From positions 928,001-992,000 of the forward strand of contig OZ245777.1 of NCBI GenBank assembly GCA_965227775.1: a stretch of 64,000 nt of DNA, given 5' to 3'. Under the pieces are notes generated by a model. That model was not told the origin of the DNA and searched no databases. It saw nothing but the letters and a program-made list of their open reading frames with translations. This DNA is from Phycisphaerales bacterium (GTDB taxonomy: Bacteria; Planctomycetota; Phycisphaerae; Phycisphaerales; UBA1924). Shown in pieces: positions 29,039 through 39,731 of this stretch (the first letter of the stretch is position 1; every line of letters starts with the position of its first letter). The translations under genes were made by a program, and so were the position numbers.

Positions 29039-30931
29039 ATGCCCGTTTTCATCCGCTGGCTGCTGGCCCTTGGCCCGGCCAATCCCATCGCCGTCCGACT
29101 GGTGCAGAACGGTTCCCGCCGGAACCGGCACATGTACATCCGCTCGGCGTACCTGGCGCTTCTGGTGCTGGTCATGCTGTGGGCGTTGCTCGTCAAGACC
29201 GGCGGCAGCGGCAGCGCGACCTCGTTCCGGGACCTGGCCGAAGCCGGCGCATCGACGTTCACCTACGTCGCGTACCTGCAGATCTTGCTCATCTGCGTGC
29301 TGAGCCCGGTGTTTATGGCGGGCGCGATCGCGCAAGAGGCCAGTCCGAGAACGTGGGAGGTGCTCCTCACGACGCCGCTTGGCCGCTTGCAGATCGTGCT
29401 GGGCAACCTGCTAGGCCGGCTGTTCTTCGTGCTGGCGCTCTTGTTCGCCAGCCTGCCGCTGTTCGCGCTGACGCAGTACTTCGGCGGCGTGCCGGGCTCG
29501 AGCATCTTTGCGAGCTACTTGGTCGCGGCCGCCGCGGCACTGCTGGTAGGCGCGATCGCCATCGCGCTGGCGGTCAGTCGTATTGCGGGTCGGCGCGCGG
29601 TCTTTACCTTTTATGTTGCCGTTGTCACATACCTAGGCATTACGTATGGCATCGACGCCTGGCTGCGCACGCGCGGCTTGGGCGCTGGGCCTTCGGGCAT
29701 GGGCGTGACGTGGCTCACAGGCCTCAACCCGTTTCTCGCGCTCGATGCGCTGCTGAACCCCACGACGTATCCGAGCGCCGATCGCGGCACGCTCGGCGGC
29801 CCGGCGGCGTTCATGCTGGAGACGCCGGTGCGCGCCTGGATCTTGCTGGCCAGCGGCCTGAGCCTGCTGCTCGTGTCGGCCTCGACGCTCACCGTTCGCA
29901 CGGGCGGGCTGGCCAAGCGGACCGTCGAGCGGCGCAAGCTGCCCTGGTATCGCAAGATGCTCGGGCTCAGCGGTGGTGAGGTTGGCGAAGACGGGCAGAC
30001 GTTCCGCCCGCCGCGTCACGTGTGGCACAACCCGATCGCCTGGCGCGAGGCCGCAGCGCGCAACGCCACGTTCGGGCGCATCCTCGCTCGTTGGGCGTTC
30101 ATCATCTCTGGAATCGCGTTGGCGGTCGTGCTCGTCATCGCGTACGACACCTCGGCGATTACGGCGACCGACTACCGCCTGGCGATCCTGGTGATCGTGA
30201 TGGTCGAACTCGCCGTCACGACGCTGGTTGCCATCAACATGTCCGCGACGGCGATCAGCCGCGAGCGCGAGGATGGCACGCTCGATCTTCTGTTGACTAC
30301 ACCCGTGACGCCCGCGGAGTACCTGGGCGGCAAGCTGCGCGGCCTGGTCGCGTACCTGTTGCCCATGCTTGCCGTGCCCGTCGTCACGATGCTGCTCGCG
30401 GGTGTGCATGCGGCCATCGGTGGCTTCAGCCAGCCCGACAACGCGCAGGTGCCCGCGGGCCCGGCAGTGTCGGGCAACATCATGCTGCCGGTGGTGCTGC
30501 CCGAGGCGGGCATCATTCTCGCGCTGAGCGCGGCGCCTTTCATGGCGCTGTGCGTCATGATCGGGCTGCACTGGTCGCTCAAGAGCAAGGGCGCCATCGC
30601 GTCAGTCGTCGGCGCCGTCATCGTGGCGGCAATCGTTGCCGCGGTGGTGGGGGGGTGCGGGTTCAACGCGGGGCGGTCGATCCCCGTGGTCGGCCCGGCG
30701 CTGCTGGGGCTCTCGCCCTTTGCCAGCGGCCTCGCGCTCGTCGAGCCGGTTGATGCCATGTACGAGACCGTGACCCAGAGCGGCACGAGCCCGCTGGTGA
30801 CCGCGCGGTTCGCGTTGCTCGTGGGCGCTGCTGCCAGCGCGGGCTTGCACATCGCCGCGGTGTGGGCGCTGCACAGCCAGATGGTCCGCCGCTTCGACAT
30901 GACCGTGCGCAAGCTCGCCGGCACGAGCTGA
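29039..30931 (+). CDS. ABC-2 type transporter permease (duplicated permease unit)
   Basis: AGAIAQE...WEVLLTTPL and AISREREDGTLDLLLTTP motifs; many TM helices. Confidence 0.85.
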   Translation: MPVFIRWLLALGPANPIAVRLVQNGSRRNRHMYIRSAYLALLVLVMLWALLVKTGGSGSATSFRDLAEAGASTFTYVAYLQILLICVLSPVFMAGAIAQEASPRTWEVLLTTPLGRLQIVLGNLLGRLFFVLALLFASLPLFALTQYFGGVPGSSIFASYLVAAAAALLVGAIAIALAVSRIAGRRAVFTFYVAVVTYLGITYGIDAWLRTRGLGAGPSGMGVTWLTGLNPFLALDALLNPTTYPSADRGTLGGPAAFMLETPVRAWILLASGLSLLLVSASTLTVRTGGLAKRTVERRKLPWYRKMLGLSGGEVGEDGQTFRPPRHVWHNPIAWREAAARNATFGRILARWAFIISGIALAVVLVIAYDTSAITATDYRLAILVIVMVELAVTTLVAINMSATAISREREDGTLDLLLTTPVTPAEYLGGKLRGLVAYLLPMLAVPVVTMLLAGVHAAIGGFSQPDNAQVPAGPAVSGNIMLPVVLPEAGIILALSAAPFMALCVMIGLHWSLKSKGAIASVVGAVIVAAIVAAVVGGCGFNAGRSIPVVGPALLGLSPFASGLALVEPVDAMYETVTQSGTSPLVTARFALLVGAAASAGLHIAAVWALHSQMVRRFDMTVRKLAGTS

Positions 30932-30939
30932 GCCGCGAC

Positions 30940-31713
30940 ATGCCCTCGCTCGAAGCCAACAAGCGCAAGTGGGGGTCGCACGACTGGAGCCGTGAGGGTG
31001 ACGAGTGGTCGACCCTGGCAGGTGGCAGCGAACGCTGGTGGCACGGCATCCTGTTGCCGCGCCTGCTGCCGTTGTTTAAGAACCTGCCGCCGAAGCCGAG
31101 CTTTCTTGAGATCGCGCCGGGCCGCGGTCGCTGGACGCAGTTCTTGTTGCGTCGGGTCGATTCACTCACGGCGATTGACATCGACGCGAAGTGCATCGAC
31201 GCATGCCACAAACGCTTCGGCTCGCGCGTGCACGGCGTTGTCGGCGATGGGTTTACACTCGGTGGTCCTTCTGAGCGCCTCAACGGCCCGTTCGACTTTT
31301 GCTTCAGCTACGACAGCCTCGTGCACGCCGAGCTCGACTCGATGGGTTCGTACGTGCGTGAGCTCGAACGCGTGCTGCGGCCGGGAGGTGTGGCGTTCCT
31401 GCACCACAGCAACCTGGCAGATGTTCGGCCCGAGCCGGGAACGCCCATCCACTGGCGTGCGCGCAGCGTCGGTGCTTCGGGCTTGCGAGAGCGCGCGCTC
31501 GGGTGTGGGCTCGAGGTTCCGTTGCAGGAGCTGTGCACGAAGGGCGGGCCCAAAGATCGTGCGTTGATCGATTGCATCTCGATCATCCGCAAGCCGGTGG
31601 GCGGCCCGCCGTCGCAGCAGACCACGGTGCTCGAGAGCCCGGACTTCGGGCTGCAGATACGGCTGTTGGGTCGGTCGGGCAAGGCGTACGACGCGGCGGT
31701 GGGGAATCGCTGA
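30940..31713 (+). CDS. Class I SAM-dependent methyltransferase
   Basis: FLEIAPGRGRWT, FDFCFSYDSLVH, RVLRPGG. Confidence 0.88.
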   Translation: MPSLEANKRKWGSHDWSREGDEWSTLAGGSERWWHGILLPRLLPLFKNLPPKPSFLEIAPGRGRWTQFLLRRVDSLTAIDIDAKCIDACHKRFGSRVHGVVGDGFTLGGPSERLNGPFDFCFSYDSLVHAELDSMGSYVRELERVLRPGGVAFLHHSNLADVRPEPGTPIHWRARSVGASGLRERALGCGLEVPLQELCTKGGPKDRALIDCISIIRKPVGGPPSQQTTVLESPDFGLQIRLLGRSGKAYDAAVGNR

Positions 31714-31768
31714 AGCGTCGCGATGCCGAAGCGAGATACGCTACGGCGTGGCACCAAAGCACTTCAGA

Positions 31769-32641
31769 ATGCTTGATGATCGGCTTGAGGGAGTGCCGGT
31801 GACGCGGCCGATCCCGCTGATCATGCCGTGGCACGGTCGCACGTGGTTGTCGATGCCGCACACGCGGTGGCTGCTCGTCTACGGGGGGCTCATCGTCGCG
31901 GTGTTGATTGTCGCGCCCACGATCGACTTTGTGCGGTACGGCACGATCCGTGATGCCCGGTCGACGCTGATCATCACCACGCTGCTCGTTGTGCCGGTCG
32001 CGATCGTGTTGTTCGTTTTCATGCAACGGCGCGATCGGCCGTACCGCGCACGACAGCTCGCTTTGCAAGGCCGGTGCCCGGCGTGCTCACACAATCTAGC
32101 AACAGAATCCACGTCAACGGATGGCAACACGACGTGCCCCGGCTGCGGCAGCGCATGGCACCTCGAATCCTGCCACACGGCTCAGGCGGCGCTGCGTTCG
32201 GCGACCGAGTTCGTGCATGATGATCGTGATCGCAGGCACGTCATGCGCCGGTGGGTGCCGAGCGAGCCCGCCGAGTTGTGGCGCAAGCCGTCCGCGTGGT
32301 GGACCGATGCGAAGCTGTGCGCGTTCCGGGTGCTGTTCCTGGTCCTAGCTCTGGCATTCGCGATCTCGCTCGTGTGCTTTCGCTTCCTCGACAACTGGCT
32401 GGCGTGGCCCTTCTTCGCCTGTTCTAGTGCGGGGATGTTCTTCCTGGTCCTCCGCGGTGAGAAGTTCGTTGGAGATCGGATCGACAAGATCTACTCTCCG
32501 AAGGACCATTGCCGGGTCTGCCTCGAGCCACTCGAGGGGCTCGAGGCAGAACACGACGGCTGTGTCGTGTGCCCGAAGTGTTCAGCGGCGTGGCGTGCGG
32601 TTCAGCAGCCGCGGCCGAGCACGTCGAAGAAGAACAGGTAA
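31769..32641 (+). CDS. Membrane protein with two (2TM + zinc ribbon) units; start uncertain
   Basis: CPACSHNL...CPGCG and CRVCLEPL...CPKCS, each after a TM pair. Confidence 0.65.
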   Translation: MLDDRLEGVPVTRPIPLIMPWHGRTWLSMPHTRWLLVYGGLIVAVLIVAPTIDFVRYGTIRDARSTLIITTLLVVPVAIVLFVFMQRRDRPYRARQLALQGRCPACSHNLATESTSTDGNTTCPGCGSAWHLESCHTAQAALRSATEFVHDDRDRRHVMRRWVPSEPAELWRKPSAWWTDAKLCAFRVLFLVLALAFAISLVCFRFLDNWLAWPFFACSSAGMFFLVLRGEKFVGDRIDKIYSPKDHCRVCLEPLEGLEAEHDGCVVCPKCSAAWRAVQQPRPSTSKKNR

Positions 32642-33570
32642 TCGAACAGGTCGATCGCGCCGTCGCCGTTGATATCGCCCCGGGCGTCGCCGGTCTCGAT
32701 CCAGTTGCCCAGAAGCAAGAGATCGAAGATCGTGGCCTGGCAGTCGGCGTCGAGGTCGGCCTCGCACGCAACACACGGCAGCGCTTCCATGCCCGAGACC
32801 GCGCCGACACCGTCGAGCATGCCGACGAACGACTGCTGGCCCGAGTACGGATCGAATCGCCAGAGCTCGCCGTCTGCGCCATCATCGCGCGAGATGATGT
32901 AGAAGCCGACCTCTTTCTCCATCGCGTCCAAGATGACGAGCCCACCGGAATCGTCGAGGGAGCCGGATGGAGAAAGCTCGGCGAGCACGGCCGTCTCCCC
33001 CGTGTCGGGGTCGATGGTGCGGATCGAGGGCGGCTGGTCGGTCGAACGCAGGTCGAGGCCGATGAGCAGGCCGTCGGCGCGCACGTCCAGGCCGGAGATG
33101 TCGGTGGCGGGGGACATCGTGGCCCCGCGTGACGCCCGGCCGGTCGATGGGTTGATGGTGAACAGCCTGCCGGGTGAGCCCGTGCTGGCGCCCATGATCG
33201 TGCCGTCGGCAAAGACCGCGAGGCCGCCCTCGCGTGCGCTGATGCCAAGCCGCCCGCCGCGCGACGCCCGTCCGTTGAGCGGATCGATGCGGTAGAACTC
33301 GTTGTCGGCGCTCGGGGTGAAGCCCAGGAGCTGGCCCGTGCCGTCTCGGGCGAGCCCGGCCAGCGGTGTGCGGCCGGTGGCGCCCGTGCCCACGAGCTCG
33401 ACAGCAGAGACGACCTCGCCCGTGTCCGGGTCGATGCTGTAGAGCATGGTCGAGCCGATCGAGGCGGTGGTGACCACCAGCACGGGTTCGCCCGCACATG
33501 CCTGCGAGAGCGAAGGAACGAACGACCCAGCGAGCACGACACATGCGGCAGCAAGCGGACGCCCGGTCAT
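32602..33570 (-). CDS. Secreted beta-propeller-like protein with GC-type dockerin module
   Basis: AAAGGAG RBS; repeats xIDPxTG; tail CEADLDADCQATIFD...GRGC. Confidence 0.8.
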   Translation of the reverse strand: MTGRPLAAACVVLAGSFVPSLSQACAGEPVLVVTTASIGSTMLYSIDPDTGEVVSAVELVGTGATGRTPLAGLARDGTGQLLGFTPSADNEFYRIDPLNGRASRGGRLGISAREGGLAVFADGTIMGASTGSPGRLFTINPSTGRASRGATMSPATDISGLDVRADGLLIGLDLRSTDQPPSIRTIDPDTGETAVLAELSPSGSLDDSGGLVILDAMEKEVGFYIISRDDGADGELWRFDPYSGQQSFVGMLDGVGAVSGMEALPCVACEADLDADCQATIFDLLLLGNWIETGDARGDINGDGAIDLFDYLFFFDVLGRGC

Positions 33571-33791
33571 GGGGCACGCTCCTTTCCAAAGCGCCCTGGG
33601 CCGGGGCCGGCCGAAGGCGAACCTCGCCTGCACATCGCTCCTTCGAGTATGGGTTACGTGGCCGCCGCGTGCCGCCTTATTCGGGGGTTGGCCAGCCCCT
33701 ACGTGCCGGGCAATCGGCAGAGCCGGCACCTAGACTGCCCGCTCAGCCTCGCGACCTCAAGATTCACAGGATTCACCAGAAAGGCAACTCC

Positions 33792-35336
<1,545 letters not shown>

Positions 35337-35364
35337 CGGGCGGAATCACAGTTCGGACACTCTG

Positions 35365-35403
35365 AACGCCCTTGCATCGCAGGGGCGTTTGTGGTAGTCT
35401 GCG
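35365..35403 (+). promoter_or_regulatory. Hairpin with embedded sigma70-like promoter, copy 1
   Basis: aacgcccttgc-atc-gcaggggcgtt; TTGCAT-17bp-TAGTCT with extended -10 TG. Confidence 0.55.
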
Positions 35404-35430
35404 GTGGTCGGAGCCCACGGGAGAGACAGA

Positions 35431-36390
35431 ATGCGATCGATCCAGATTCCCGGACCTTGTGCACTTGCCATTGCGTCCCTTGCTGTGGCCGTGGTGTCCC
35501 CCGCGGGCCTTGCCAGCGATACGGCGCAGCTTGTGGGCGTTACGGCCGACGGCCAAGTGGTGGACATCGACGTCGATACTGGCGCGGCGACGCCCCTATT
35601 CAGCATCGACCAGGGTGGCCCGCTCGCGTTCGATCCGACGACGCAACGGCTCGTCATGAAGCTGAACGATGATGCGGCGACCGAGCTCGTCTTCATCGAT
35701 CCGGTGGGCGGCTTCGCTTCGCCGCCCGTTGGCCTCTCGGGCTTGCCGCCGATGTTCGAGAACGTCGCGACGGTCGATTACGCGGGCGAGTCCGGGCGAT
35801 ACGTGCTGACGGCCGGTCCGACGGGCACGGTATTCGAGGACCGACTCGTGCTCGTCGATACGACGGGCGCCGTGCTCGATGTCTCGGATGACCTCGGGCT
35901 GGGCGACAACGACGGCGTCGTCTGGGATGACCTGAACTCCCGCCTGGTGGTGCACGACTACAACGCGGCCGATGGCCTTCCGCCTGTTGCCAGCGTCGAC
36001 GACCCGTTCGGCACGCCAACGGTCATGCTGTTGGCGAGCCCACCATTCCGCGGAGACGTCGGAGACAGCGCCATCGATCCGCAAACGGGTCGGTTGTTCA
36101 CGACCGGCTTCGATTCGTCGGGCGGTTTCCTGGTGGAGGTGCTGGACTCGAGCTACGTGGACATCGGCGCCTTCGGCACCTCCGAGCAGGTCGTCGGCAT
36201 CGCCTTCGTATGGGATGCGGCATGCCGGGCCGACCTCGACGGCGACGGCGAACTCACGATCTTCGACTTCCTGACGTTCCAGAACCTCTTCGACAGCGGC
36301 GACCCGCGTGCCGACTTCGATGGAGACGGGTCGCTGACGATCTTCGACTTCCTCGCCTTCCAGAACGCCTTCGACGCCGGCTGCCCCTAG
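35431..36390 (+). CDS. Secreted beta-propeller-like protein with GC-type dockerin module
   Basis: Signal peptide; IDVDTG/FDPTT/IDPQTG blades; tail CRADLDGDG...FDAGCP. Confidence 0.85.
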   Translation: MRSIQIPGPCALAIASLAVAVVSPAGLASDTAQLVGVTADGQVVDIDVDTGAATPLFSIDQGGPLAFDPTTQRLVMKLNDDAATELVFIDPVGGFASPPVGLSGLPPMFENVATVDYAGESGRYVLTAGPTGTVFEDRLVLVDTTGAVLDVSDDLGLGDNDGVVWDDLNSRLVVHDYNAADGLPPVASVDDPFGTPTVMLLASPPFRGDVGDSAIDPQTGRLFTTGFDSSGGFLVEVLDSSYVDIGAFGTSEQVVGIAFVWDAACRADLDGDGELTIFDFLTFQNLFDSGDPRADFDGDGSLTIFDFLAFQNAFDAGCP

Positions 36391-36421
36391 CGCACACCGC
36401 TCTCACCGCTGCAGCATCGAA

Positions 36422-36460
36422 AACTCCCTTGCATCGCAAGGGCGTCTCTGGTAATCTGCG
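36422..36460 (+). promoter_or_regulatory. Hairpin with embedded sigma70-like promoter, copy 2
   Basis: aactcccttgcatcgcaagggcgtctctggtaatctgcg; TTGCAT-17bp-TAATCT. Confidence 0.55.
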
Positions 36461-36487
36461 CCATCCAAGGACCGGAGGGGACCCACC

Positions 36488-37423
36488 ATGCACCGAAACG
36501 TTGTCACGGCCGCCCTGCTCGCCGCAAGCACGATCGCATTGGCCCAGGCCCGGTACGAGATCGGGTACCAGTTCGATGACGAGCCGGAGGTGGTGCGGGT
36601 GCAGAGCGAGCCCTTCACGGTGTCCGAGCTCTGGCGGCCGCCCTCCGGTGGTGCAACGCAGAGCGTCTTCATCGATCAGACGCAGGTGTTTTGGGCTAGC
36701 CCGACCCTGAACTACTTCCATAGCACGGTCAACGTTGGACCGGAGCCCGATGCCTTTCAGTCCCAACGGCTCCGGTCGGTGCTGACCTTTGACGACCTCA
36801 TCTTCCGATCCGATGAAAGTGAAGACATTCTTGTCGATCTGAACATGATCCAGAGCGGCTTCGCGTTCTCGCGTCCGACCGGGACCGAGTATGACGGCGT
36901 CCAGTACGGATATGAATTGTCCGTGTCAGTCAACGGCCAGGTGTTTGGTGGCGACGTGGTTGTCACGCTGGCCGGCCTGGATGACTTTGTCGTCGATCGC
37001 TCGGGCATACTCGCAGACCTGGTTCACCGCGCCTTTATCCTCGAGGACGTCTCGGTCCCGACGAACACCCCGGTGACCCTCCGCATCGAGTCCGTGAAGT
37101 TCGTGCGTCGCCCCGCCGGCTCTGCCCCGCGCAGCCTGTCCTTTCGCAGTGGCACGTTCGACCCAGGCTTCCCCAGCGAGGAGATCTTCGTCGTACCAGA
37201 CGGCGTCCGCGTCGACTCGATCCAGGCTAACATAATCAACAACCGTTGGCCTGCGTGCTTTGCAGACATCAACGCCGACGGCGAACTCACCATCTTCGAC
37301 TTCCTCACCTTTCAGAACCTCTTCGACGCTGGCGACCTGACCGCGGACTTCGATGGCGACGGGTCGCTGACCATCTTCGACTTCCTTGCCTTCCAGAACG
37401 CGTTCGACGCCGGCTGCCCGTAG
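36488..37423 (+). CDS. Secreted protein with GC-type dockerin module (paralog of 38625-39575)
   Basis: GGAGG RBS, signal peptide, tail CFADINADG...FDAGCP. Confidence 0.85.
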   Translation: MHRNVVTAALLAASTIALAQARYEIGYQFDDEPEVVRVQSEPFTVSELWRPPSGGATQSVFIDQTQVFWASPTLNYFHSTVNVGPEPDAFQSQRLRSVLTFDDLIFRSDESEDILVDLNMIQSGFAFSRPTGTEYDGVQYGYELSVSVNGQVFGGDVVVTLAGLDDFVVDRSGILADLVHRAFILEDVSVPTNTPVTLRIESVKFVRRPAGSAPRSLSFRSGTFDPGFPSEEIFVVPDGVRVDSIQANIINNRWPACFADINADGELTIFDFLTFQNLFDAGDLTADFDGDGSLTIFDFLAFQNAFDAGCP

Positions 37424-37512
37424 CGAGTTCTAAGGTTCGATAACAACATTGGATTCGTCGAGCGCCCATCTGTCGGGTGATAGCATGCCTTCTCATGTGG
37501 AGGAGAGAAACC

Positions 37513-38469
37513 ATGAAGGCCCAGTTCGTTCTTGCTGTCGCGGTGGCGTCCCCTGCGCTCGCCGCTCCCGTCCCGTTCCACGATCTCGTCGAAGACAAGA
37601 GCCCGCTGCTCTGGTATCGCTTCGATGAAGCGGTCGGCGCGACCGAGGCCGTCAACCACGGCACGCTCGGCACCGACTTCAACGGCGTGTTCTTTGGCCC
37701 TGTGTTCTTGGGCGATGCGTCGCTGCAGGGCGACACGGCCGCGTGCTTCGAGCACCCATCGCAGCCGTACGTCGAGTCGGCGTCGGACGTGCCCGCGTCG
37801 CTGACCGGCAACCCGACGTTCACCGCCGAGGCTGTCGTGCGCGTGTTTGCCACGCCGCAGAACCCGTTCTATGCGCCGTTCCTGCACTGGGGCGCGCCGC
37901 GGACGGGGCAGTCGGTTTACTTCAGCATCCTGCGCAATGACGAATCGCGTCCATACGTGGGCTTCTACAACGGCGGTGCGGGCACGCTGGACAGCTACGG
38001 CCTCGGCCAGTGGGTGCACATCGTGTGGACGCGCGATTCGAATGGCGGCATGAACGACGACATAACCGGGTCGAGGCTCTTCATCAACGGTGAAGAGGTG
38101 GATATCAGCCGTGACTTCTCGCTTCCCGGTGCTCCGATGCCCGACGTGCAGGTCTCGCCCTTCTACATCCAACGTGCAACGGACTCTGTTCGATACTTCA
38201 GCGGCAACATCGACGAGGTCGTGCTCTACGACCGCTTGCTCAGCGATGATGAGATCCGCGAGCACTACGACGCGCTGGTCGATGGCGCCCGCTGCCCCGC
38301 CGACATGGATGGCGATGGGTCGCTGACCGTGTTCGACTTCCTCGAATTCCAGAACGCGTTCGATCGCGGCGAGCGCCGGGCCGACTTCAACCCGACTACT
38401 TGCACGCCCAACCTGGACATCTTCGACTTCCTCGCCTTCCAGAACGCCTTCGACGCCGGCTGCCCGTAG
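37513..38469 (+). CDS. Secreted LamG/concanavalin-like protein with GC-type dockerin module
   Basis: PLLWYRFDE, FTAEAVV, WVHIVWT, LFING, FSGNIDEVVLYDRLLSDDEI. Confidence 0.88.
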   Translation: MKAQFVLAVAVASPALAAPVPFHDLVEDKSPLLWYRFDEAVGATEAVNHGTLGTDFNGVFFGPVFLGDASLQGDTAACFEHPSQPYVESASDVPASLTGNPTFTAEAVVRVFATPQNPFYAPFLHWGAPRTGQSVYFSILRNDESRPYVGFYNGGAGTLDSYGLGQWVHIVWTRDSNGGMNDDITGSRLFINGEEVDISRDFSLPGAPMPDVQVSPFYIQRATDSVRYFSGNIDEVVLYDRLLSDDEIREHYDALVDGARCPADMDGDGSLTVFDFLEFQNAFDRGERRADFNPTTCTPNLDIFDFLAFQNAFDAGCP

Positions 38470-38624
38470 GGCGGCACGACACACCGGACGGGCAACCAGC
38501 TACTGACACCCGGCCTCGCCCGCGAATAGTGAGGCCGGGTGTTGTCTTGTGCGCAGCCCGCAACCAGGCCCGAGTGGGCTGGTACGAGGAAGCGGTTCGA
38601 CACGTTCCAACAGGGGAGGCAACC

Positions 38625-39575
38625 GTGCACAAGGTGATGGGAATGGGATTGGCAGCGGTCGGGGCCGCCGGCGCCTGTGCCTCGCTCGCGGCCGGGCAGG
38701 CAAGATTCGAGGCCGGGTACCAGTTCAACGACGAGCCGGTGGTCGTTCGGGTTGCGTCGACGCCGTTCTTTACACAGGTCGAGCGGGACATGCGTGCGCA
38801 GGAGGCGATCCTCTCGTTCCCGTTCATGAGAAGCGCCGAAGCCGGGCTCGCGGACGTACGCGTCACCGCGAGCCGTGGGCGTGGTGGCGGGCCCGAGACG
38901 CGCTCGCAAGGCTGGATCGAGGTGACATTCGACGATCTCGTGTTCGAGTCGAGTGGCAGTGAGCCCATCGACGTCGGCTTCACTGTTCAATACGGCTCCG
39001 GGGCTTTCCAGGTTTGCTGCCCTCAGGTTACCGCAGGCGGGATGTACCGCTCAGAAATGGAGTTCGAGCTCGATGGCGATGTTCGCACCGGTACGTTTGT
39101 CGCCACGGTGATCCCCGATGATCTCTCTCCTCTCATCATTGAGCGGACGGGGATTATCGAGGGAGGTTTCCCACCCGGTGGTCTGATCGAGCTCACGGGC
39201 TTTCGTGTCCCCGTGAACACGCCCGTTACGCTCAGGGTGCGTTCCACCAGATCGATCCAGATGCCCGCAACCGATGATGACTGGCGAGTGAGCTTCTTTT
39301 CCCGTGCAGCGCCTGACCTGGCGCTTGACGAAGATGTCTTTGTTGTTCCTGATGGCGTCACGGTGCAGTCTTCCCAGATCGGCATCCGCGACAACCAGCG
39401 CGTGCGGTGCATCACCGATCTCGACCGAGACGGTGAACTCACGATCTTCGACTTCCTCGCGTTCCAGCACCTCTTCACCGCAAACGACCCAACAGCTGAC
39501 CTCGACTTCGACGGCGAATTGACCATCTTCGACTTCCTCGCCTTCCAGAACGCCTTCGACGCCGGCTGCCCATAG
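38625..39575 (+). CDS. Secreted protein with GC-type dockerin module (paralog of 36488-37423)
   Basis: GGGAGG RBS before GTG; tail CITDLDRDG...FDAGCP. Confidence 0.82.
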   Translation: MHKVMGMGLAAVGAAGACASLAAGQARFEAGYQFNDEPVVVRVASTPFFTQVERDMRAQEAILSFPFMRSAEAGLADVRVTASRGRGGGPETRSQGWIEVTFDDLVFESSGSEPIDVGFTVQYGSGAFQVCCPQVTAGGMYRSEMEFELDGDVRTGTFVATVIPDDLSPLIIERTGIIEGGFPPGGLIELTGFRVPVNTPVTLRVRSTRSIQMPATDDDWRVSFFSRAAPDLALDEDVFVVPDGVTVQSSQIGIRDNQRVRCITDLDRDGELTIFDFLAFQHLFTANDPTADLDFDGELTIFDFLAFQNAFDAGCP

Positions 39576-39731
39576 ACACGCCTGAGCGTCCCAGAATCCA
39601 CGATTGCGAGGCCCCGCCGTCTCCAGCCTTCCCAGCTTGAACGGCGGGCCTTTCAATTTCTTGGGTCTTGCGTGAGTCCGCCGGGCATGTTCCGCTCCCT
39701 TGGAGGATCATCAACCTCAAAGGAGCTCGCC

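Noticed and set aside
36340..39571. Repeated 47-nt sequence as a CRISPR array or DGR template/variable repeat
   Set aside because: Copies are about 1 kb apart, in-frame coding tails, with no adenine-specific variation and no cas or reverse transcriptase gene in the window.
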